Assembly: GCA_964016885.1 (NCBI GenBank) | Contig: OZ024742.1 | Coordinates: 306,218,001-306,282,000, forward strand | Length of the DNA stretch: 64,000 nucleotides | Direction of reading: 5' to 3' | Origin: Eledone cirrhosa | Lineage: Eukaryota | Shown: in pieces, positions 53,991 to 64,000 of the stretch | Position numbering within the stretch: the stretch's first letter is position 1 | Layout of the letters: each line of letters begins with the position of its first letter | The notes under the pieces: model-generated | What the model saw: the letters and a program-made list of their open reading frames with translations, nothing else | What the model was told of the DNA's origin: nothing | Database searches by the model: none | Made by a program: the position numbers and the translations under genes

Positions 53991-54574
53991 TTATATAGTT
54001 ATATAGCTATTTATTTACGCTTTAATTTATATTTTTAATTATCGTGTGTATACTCTGCCTTTCATAGGTCATAGATTCCATACACTCGTCGTTTGTCCCT
54101 GTTTTATAGATAGCGCAATGTATTTCTCTCTAGTGTGTTACCTTTTCAACATATTGTATTTTAAAGAGCTCAGGTTTTCCCCTCCTTTGAACACATGATT
54201 TACAGGGAATGACGAGAGTCTATGGCTCCGTTAATGTATCGTGATATATATATATATATGCTGTTGATGTATTTTTTATTAATTGAGGGCTTGTTTAAGA
54301 GTTACCACAAGCTGGGAATATATATATATATAATGGTTGTTATGGAAGACTTTTCAATGCAGATGGGTATATCTTCGGGTAACAAAATTAACTACCAGTA
54401 GGAAGAAAGAGGATAGAGAGGAAGAGAAATGTAAAATTTATCATCCACTTCATTCCCTGTTTCCTACTGTCAGTTGAATTTGTTACACGGAGTCTTATCC
54501 ATCTGCATTATAGAGGCTTACAAAAGATATTTTTCATATCCACAATCCTTCAAGCAAAATTAAACTCTCTCATT

Positions 54575-55440
54575 CTTCTTGTGACGCTAAACTCCACTAA
54601 TTGCAGACTGCGCATTAACGTGTGATATCTCTCTCCCCAAAGTTCGGTCACTAGCAGCAAAGTTCAAAGAGCAAAGATCAAGTCCAGTCCTTAAATTGAC
54701 ATTGTCAAGCCATCGTGTTGGCTGCCGGCCTCTGCTTCTCTTAACACCCGACCTTCCCTCCAGGCATAACATACTCATACTACGAGTTGATCTTTTTATA
54801 GGGCCGTATAGTTTGAGTACTCTAGACTTGACAATTGATGTAATCGTCTAAATTTGGTAATGTTGAGCAGCTCACTGATCGCTGAGCCACTTACCAGTCA
54901 TAAGCCTCATAACGTGGTTCTGAAATGTAGAGAGCTTCTGAAGTGACCTTGTCGTCCTAATAACACAGTCAAGACCATATAAAACAACTGGAAGGATGTA
55001 ACTATCAAATATCTTAGTCTCCAAATGACAGGAAACTCGTTTTGATGCTAGTTGAAAACTGCCCAAACCTAAAGCGAGTCGATATTGCGCAGCAACCATT
55101 ACATTGTTGTTTGATGATAGTTTGTGACCGAGATATACAAACTCCGTAACTTGAGCAATTTACTGGTTGTAGATTGTGTTGGAAATTGACATTGTTTTTT
55201 TCAGTTGTCATACATTTTGTTTTGGAGATATTGATGTGTAAGCCAGCCTGCAGCAAATGTTTGGCCAGTACATTCAGAAAGTCGTGCAGATCAGTTCTAG
55301 AGTGACTCAAGATGGCCAGATCGTCTTCATAGCTAAGATTTGACAGGATTTTACCTCCTATTTGATAGCTAGAGGAGCATTCTTCTTCAGTTTGGTAGAT
55401 AAGTGCAGCTATATCTATACAGAAAAGAAGTGCTGATAGT
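54575..55440 (-). pseudogene. RTE-like LINE RT and 3' end, degenerate
   Basis: NLSYEDDLAIL, GLHINISKTKCM, ILPVVLYGLD, RSRGRQPTRWLDNV. Confidence 0.85.
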
Positions 55441-55681
55441 ACTGCTTAACTCACTTCAAGACGTCTATACAGCGTATAGTTCCAAAGTCTGTTCTGATAT
55501 ATGCTGTTGATGTATTTTTTATTAATTGAGAGCTTGTTTAAGAGTTGCCACAAGCTGGGAAGTTTCACGTTGTCAAAAGCTGGTCAAAACACTCTCATAT
55601 ATACATATGAATGATATATACACACACACATATTCATATGTATATGCGTGTGTATGTGTGATCGCCGCCTTAATACACACG

Positions 55682-55722
<41 letters not shown>

Positions 55723-55763
55723 GCACACACACACACACACACAAACACATACAAACACACACA

Positions 55764-55857
<94 letters not shown>

Positions 55858-55958
55858 AAAAAGCAAGTAAGCTAATCAGAAGAGAAAAGTGATTAATTAT
55901 GCAGATTACAAGCCGGTAATGTATTCATGAATCTTTGTTCTCTCATTCATTTTAAATG

Positions 55959-55994
<36 letters not shown>

Positions 55995-55998
<4 letters not shown>

Positions 55999-56209
55999 TA
56001 ATATAACAGATTAAAGTTTAAGCAAAGAATCGCTGCTTTCACCCTTAACGGGATCTTCAGAAGATCCCGTTAAGGGTGAAAGCAGCGATTCTTTGCTTAA
56101 ACTTTAATCTGTTATATTAATAAATATTTGCTCTTCGGTTCTTATATATTTGATATATATTTTCCTTATCGAGCCCTCTTTGGATTTTAGTCTTCAATTT
56201 TATTATTAT

Positions 56210-56213
<4 letters not shown>
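55995..56213 (+). mobile_element. F1 mini palindromic element
   Basis: Perfect ~63-bp arms centred at 56059 (GATCTTC-A-GAAGATC), followed by the tail. Confidence 0.9.
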
Positions 56214-57300
<1,087 letters not shown>

Positions 57301-58208
57301 ATATATATATATATATATAGTGAAGGCACTTCATTTCATGTTGTTCCAGTATACTCAGCTGGGGGTTTAACCCTGCGATGGGCTGGCGTCCTGTCCAATG
57401 GGAAGCGTTGTACTTTCAGTCGCCTCACGCCATGAAACCGGGAAAGGCAACGTCCAGATGGTTTAAGACAGCGATTAGACTTTAGATTTTATATATATAT
57501 AAACACATATTTATATATATATATAATTTGTATAAAATAATTGAATACTTGTCACCATAATGATTTGAATAATACGTTAACATGATCTCTGTTTACTAAA
57601 CGTCTATTTTGTGTAGTGAATCATATTCAATCAATGTATATATTTGTTGAATAGATGATATGGAACATAATAAAATATGCTTCTAGGAATGTTCTTGGAA
57701 AAACAAGTACAATGCAACCGAGAAAATAATATGAATAAAATTTAGTATTAATAACACCTGCGATTCAAGTTCGAAACTTAGACACAATAGCTTAATTTAC
57801 TCTCATCATTATCATACCCTAGGGAAAAACATGAAACGATACTAAGAACTATAGAACGTGAAGTCTAATTAGGAAAATATAACTTTCTGTTAGAGGTTAC
57901 TTATAGCTTTTTAAATCAATGGTTTCTGCGGATTAATATAGAAAAATAACGAAGTCTGAAGAAAGAGGAAGCTAACTTACCACTTCTCCTGCATTTCTAC
58001 ATTTATCTGTTTCACACCTATCTATTTCTGTTGCTCTTCCTAGGCGACAGATCCTGCCACAAATAGTCATGCCTATTTCCGTGTAAGCGCTATCAAGAGA
58101 GAACGAAGTGATTCTATGTATCTCCCTAAGCATTTATGCATTATATATATATATATATACGTGTGTGTGTGTGTATATATATATGTGTGTGTGTGTGTCT
58201 GTGTGTCT

Positions 58209-58254
<46 letters not shown>

Positions 58255-58964
58255 TTCATGTATGAATAGAAACATCTATTAATGTAAGCGTAAATTGTTA
58301 CATTTGTTTTGTTTATATACATATATATTTGCCCTTTTGTTGTTATGAATTTAATTAAATGGAAAACATTCCTGTGGTGATATTTTGAATAACAATTAAA
58401 CACGTAAAATCAAATGTCAAATTGCTGGAATGTTTTACATATTTTAAGCCCTCTCTTAATAGAATTTTCTGGAATGTTAATCAACCGGTGTTGTATTTTT
58501 ATTTTTGAAGACGCAATTTTCAGAGTTACATCATACGGATTATATGGCATGTGGAATTATTTCCTAAAGTCATTGCGAAATTTTGTTAAAAGATGCTGTG
58601 GATTTGTCTATGCAAACTCCCCCAGTAATAGTGACACATATACTAAATATGGCCATACCAAATTGCGGAAAAAAAAAATGTCGTAAGGGTATCTGATTTC
58701 ATATATAATATGCGGATCAAAAACCGTAGAAAACAATTTAGAATACCTAGACTTGGACATCATTGCGATATATCTGGGATATCGGTTCCGGTGAGTAATC
58801 CAGTTTAAATTTAATCCTTCTGAGTACGAGAAATTCAATTACCAATTATCACCCCAAAAAGGATGAATGGCGAAGTTGACCATATTTGAACCAGAACGTA
58901 GGGATTCGTAACAAATTCTCCAAAGTATTTTGTCTAACGCTATAACGATTTTGTCATAATAATT

Positions 58965-59100
58965 GTTTCTACTTTTGGTACATGGCTAGCAATTATACCA
59001 GTATTACTGGTGCTTTATTTATCAACTCCATAAGGATGAAAGTCAAAGTTAACCTCGGCGGGATTTCAACTCAGACCGTAAGCTGCAAAGCATAGCGTTC
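58965..59100 (-). mobile_element. tRNA-derived SINE (a more degenerate copy precedes it at about 58845-58950)
   Basis: CAAAGTTAACCTCGGCGGGATTTCAACTCAGACCGTAA matches the family. Confidence 0.75.
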
Positions 59101-60679
59101 TCTCATAATAATAATGGTTTATTTTAGTTGGCCCAAAACCGTAAGACAGGAAATCAATAAACAAGAGAGAGTAGGGAATTTAGTATGGATTGAATCCCTG
59201 AAATGATCACTAACAATATTGACTCGTTAATAATAAAAATAATAATAAATAATACTAACAGTACAGAACAATAAAACAAGTATACGGAAAAAGTCCCATA
59301 AATGGTAGCACGCCACACCCAAACTTACATTAACTTGACTTGACACATCAAGTTACAGGAGATCCCTCGCATGTCTCGCCGTCAGAAATGCAGTGAATAT
59401 GCAATTAGGCCATCCAATATAAAACCAGCGGCACTGTTGTTCACGTATTGCGAAGACTGCAGACTCATATGTTATCTCTAACACCATACTATTGGAACAG
59501 ATTGTATTCTTGCTATTAGAATGAGTTATTTAAACATATGCTTGAATATCAAAATTTTAATTTTCCTATTGTTCGTCAGCACAGTTTTGCTATAGCTTTG
59601 TTATAAATATTTGAACAAAGAACAATGTTCTGAAGCACTGAGCCGAATCAAATTCTCATCACAAACTCGATGCTCGTTCCAGTGACAGACTGTATGTATT
59701 TGACTCTTTGGTTCTAAATTTGTAACAGCAGATTCCTCCTGTTTTATTTAATAAGTGAAAGGAAAGGCAATATGGCGTAGTTCAGCATCGATGAAGAGTT
59801 GAGAATGTGGCAATGGAGAACCCTAGGTGAATGGAATTTATTTTTATTAAAGCAAATAGTGGATTCTAGGACATAAATTCGTTTGTTTATTAAACAAAAA
59901 AGACGTAATCGAATTAAATTCAAAAAACAAAAAAAAAAGACAAAATTACAGATTAAACTATTTCAAGTCATGTATAAAAGAATGTGTTAACGGTGATTAA
60001 GTTGTAACCTAAATTTCAAAAAAACCTATTTGTAGAAATGACAAAACAAACGCGTAGAAAAAAATGTTATAAGGATGGGTGTGATAAAAGACTTGTGTAT
60101 GTCAGATAGAAAAGAGAGAAACAGTTAATTAACTGCAGATCTGCTGTGAAATCCTGCAAATGTTTGTTTTAAAAGGCTTAATGTATTTGGAATGTTATTA
60201 GTTAATAGCCTGGTCAATCTGGGACAGATTCATTTTATACTGTTCAATAAGGTATACAAACATATAAGATGGAGAGCTCACTCCAAAATAACGATATATA
60301 TACAGTGATGAACTGATGAATATCATGATAACACGTGATATTCAGAAGGCCAACTTCCAATTTAAATAATATCCCACAAAATAGATATGGATTATTGACA
60401 CAGGCTGTTAATTTTACTTTTCACGAATAGAAGGGAATTTGTCATCGTTCAATAGTAGTTCCTCTGCAATTAATGCAACTGACGCGCAACATATAACAGT
60501 ATTGTGCACGCCTGGAGATTCTTTCCTGAATCATTCTAAACACATGCTTGTAGTATCGAAGGTGAGGTTTCTGAATTCGGTGAAATAGAATTCAAGCTAG
60601 CCCCTTAGGAGTGACCCCATTTCTGCCGCTTGTGTTTGCCATCGTATCATTTCAGTTATTACCCAAGATTCATGACTAT

Positions 60680-61050
60680 AGGTAAGGATTGGCACGAATA
60701 CTGAAATATAGCGAGTTTGGCTTTTATACCTACCTCCTTTCTTGCTATAACCCAATACTGCAGCTGTCGATTTACTCCATCAGCTTCTGCAATTCTTGCA
60801 CTTAATTCAGCCTGCTGCCTTCCACCCTCTTTAATACGGCCCCAACATACTTGAACTTCTTCACCTACTGTAACTCAACGGACATGTAATGTGCACAGTG
60901 TAGACGTCATTGTGAGAACTAGTGCCTCAGTTTTTGCAGCACTAATTTTTATTCCAGCCGTGAAACACTCGGCATCAAACCTATCAAGTACAAGTCGGAG
61001 ACCAACTTCTGACGAATTACGTAATACTATGTCGTCTACAAATTCCAGCC
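60680..61050 (-). pseudogene. RTE-like RT remnant
   Basis: EFVDDIVL, GIKISAAKTEAL, KFKYVG motifs. Confidence 0.7.
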
Positions 61051-62108
61051 GACTATTGTAGACTGTGGTCTTATTCATGCCAGTCACCTATCTGATACTT
61101 TCTTCAAACCAGCAAACATTCTATAGCTATCAATTTTTAATTTTTCTCTGTGTTTTATCGTACACCGCTAAGATATTCTTGCACTTTATTCGCTGTAATA
61201 TATCGGCATTCCAGCTTCCCACTGCCTATTTCCTCCTTATGCAGCTTGATATTGGCCATCTGCATTCAAATGGCTCCTATGTGTTTTTAATGGTATTATT
61301 CTGACTAGTCTATATTTAGATGTGTGAATATACCTTTAACATTTCATTACCATGACTTTGTAATTATCCAACTGCCACGCTTCATTTTGATGATCCAAAC
61401 CAACTCTCTCTTCCTGTGAATAGTAGATCTGATATTGTCATAAACTGTCCTTACGTTTCATTTACTATATTTGACAAGTTTACGTATGTGTTTGGCTACT
61501 TTACATTTGGTTACTTTACTTTTTTTGTAGTGATATTCAACTCGAACCCTCTTGAATTGTCCAGGTTACCAAAACTCTTCAATACATTGCGACCTCTGAT
61601 CTTTTCTGCTTACAGCTGAAAATTCTCTACCACACATTGCCGTACAAATATGTATGTAATCTACTTCCATTCCCCTTTATAAGGTGTTTCCTAAACCCGC
61701 ATTGCTGCACTCAATCCTTTACTATATTTTTACACTCTGTCTTATCAACTCCTTGCCAATTATCTCTTCGTTGGGTGAACTGAGAGCATTCAATATATAA
61801 TCTTTGCAGTTCATTATAACTAATCTACCAAATTCTAATTACCGTCTTCTCTGGATAGATGCCTTCAGCTAACCTCGCTCTCCTCGATCTTCTAAGTCTG
61901 AAGCACTTTTTAATTGGTCATTTAAACGTACAAATTTAAAGGCATGCTGTGACTACTCTCACAACAGTTAAAATATCTATCACAGCTTGAATCAACCAGA
62001 CCAATGAATTACAGCACCAATAAATTGTTGTTTTGCACCGCTGAGTATGCTCCCCTGAGACGATCTAAAAATGTTGAAACGTCCGTTGCTTCCACGTGTG
62101 TGTTTCCC

Positions 62109-62141
<33 letters not shown>

Positions 62142-62877
62142 CAAAATCTAAATAACTCCGGGAAATGTGTTTTAATTTACATTTTTCAAATGTGTTTTGT
62201 TGAGATAAGTCAAACAAACAAAAAAAGAATATCAATTTATATATAACGAATTCAAGTCATATTTCGATAATTTCAATTGAAAGTACATGTCACCTCACAT
62301 ACGTACACATACATACATAAGTATGTATATATAAATGTATTTATGTACGTAAGCCTGCATGTATGTGTGAAATTATATACGCATATATATATGTATGTGT
62401 ATATGTATGAGTGTAAGCATGTATGTGTGTATGTATGTAAATATAATATATATATATGTATGTGTGTGTGCGCGTGTGTGTGTGTGGAAGTGATCAAGTG
62501 TGTGTGCTACGGATAGACATTTCTAACCGTTACATAATCTTGTTTGTTTACTATTATATATTGTATTAGTTCACTTTTTCTTTTCGTTTTTTTACTTTAC
62601 ACATTCCTTTTTATACTTTTTTGATTTGAAAGATAATTGTAAGTTATAAAAATAATAATAAAATAAAACGTTGGATATTCTTTTAGATACGTGTTTCGTT
62701 ATTTATTTGAAATAAAAGTAAATCTACTTAAAATATCATCGCACACGTAAGTATTTTCGTTTAAAATTTACTGAAATAACGCAACCAATAAAATTCAGTT
62801 TAATGTCAACTAGTCATCAATTTGGACATGAAGACAACATACATAAACTTCTGCTGTCGAAGGTTCCCTGTACATAC

Positions 62878-62916
<39 letters not shown>

Positions 62917-63045
62917 CGTTATTGTGTGCATAGTATGAATATATATATATATTTATATACAAACACACACACATATATATATATACAATGTGTGTGTGTG
63001 TGTGTGTGTTTGTATATAAATATATATATATATATTTATATACAA

Positions 63046-63085
<40 letters not shown>

Positions 63086-63125
63086 GTGTGTGTGCGTATT
63101 TGTATATAAATATGTATATATATAT

Positions 63126-63255
<130 letters not shown>

Positions 63256-63406
63256 TAATATGTGTAGAAGTAAACACAGTAAACCCGTGTCTAAAATTAC
63301 GAGGGTAGATTACACCACAAATGTTATATATCATTCAACCTGAATCATATGGGATGTTAGAAGATTTCTTACAAGATGTCTCATACATACCATATCAATA
63401 ACCATT

Positions 63407-63502
63407 TCATCTCCCGGACAGACTAGAGATTTAATCTGTTTCGCCCTGAATGAATCCTGTTTGTAACAAGTAATCCGTAGGCATTTTGTCAGCAGGAGAT
63501 GA
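63407..63502 (-). ncRNA. Type I hammerhead fold with CTGACAA core
   Basis: 10-bp stem I TCATCTCCTG/CGGGAGATGA; 8-bp stem III ACAGATTA/TAGTCTGT; GAAA; GUC site. Confidence 0.72.
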
Positions 63503-63727
63503 GACTAAATGTTACATAACACCTATAACGATAAACTCAATAAAGTTTACACCTCGTGCGTTGAAAGTCATATGCGGTGCGAGTGGTTAGGCTAGAAATA
63601 ATAGCCTATTTACACTCATTTTTATAAGCTCAACAGATAAGGAGCCGAAATACAAATAAAATATAGAGTTATTAACAAGCAATTAACAAGCTCAAAGTAT
63701 AAATACTGAGCATTATATTTATAATGA

Positions 63728-63922
63728 GGGCGGTGGATTGGCAGTATCGGTAGAGGGTCGGAGGCCATGCTTTGACGCATAGAGTTACGGCTCTTGCCAT
63801 TCTGAGTTCAAATCCCCCCGAGGTTAACTTTGCCTTTCATCCTTACGGGGTCGATAAATTAAAGTATCAGTAATGTACTGGGTAATTGCTGACCTTGTGC
63901 CAAAAAGTAGAAACAATTATAA
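63728..63922 (+). mobile_element. tRNA-derived SINE
   Basis: Same family as 35455-36070. Confidence 0.88.
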
Positions 63923-64000
63923 TTATGTTATAGGTGTTATGTAACATTTAGTCTCATCTCCTGCTGACAAAATGCCTACGGATTACTTGTTAAAAACACG

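Larger units (their letters stand above)
52933..54246 (+). mobile_element. Retrozyme-like tandem array, ~2.5 copies of a 527-nt HHR-containing unit
   Basis: Units start near 52935, 53466 and 53992; two HHRs; non-coding; (TA)n flanks. Confidence 0.85.

Noticed and set aside
52933-54246. CRISPR-like or ordinary satellite array
   Set aside because: No repeat-spacer structure; eukaryotic context; units contain hammerheads.
61090-61990. Possible old LINE remnant on the minus strand
   Set aside because: Too degenerate to support with motifs by eye.

Overview
AT-rich, microsatellite-dense eukaryotic DNA, most likely an octopod cephalopod (inferred from the tRNA-derived SINE sequences). I can support no intact host gene, and most ORF-track entries are (TA)n/(CA)n artefacts. 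The window is dominated by Penelope-like elements (PLEs; RT + C-terminal GIY-YIG, Nematis-like) and their non-autonomous derivatives, nearly all sitting inside (TA)n tracts. Folding by eye gives about 20 type I hammerhead ribozyme (HHR) motifs from about 10 unrelated families, several with non-canonical cores. Three recurring patterns stand out. (1) Fold-back insertions consist of two head-to-head arms, only one of which carries the ~70-110 nt 3' tail; this includes 170-250 bp mini-palindromes and one chimera of two families. (2) A GAGYNCY motif lies in the tail of most families, usually 30-60 nt from the 3' end. (3) Three greater-than-unit-length HHR repeats (monomers of about 311, 527 and 612 nt) look like reverse-transcribed circular RNAs (retrozyme-like). 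Also present are a young Tx1/L1-clade LINE inside a (GATA)n tract, CRE-like and RTE-like LINE remnants, and many SINEs. Coordinates were read by hand and element ends are approximate.
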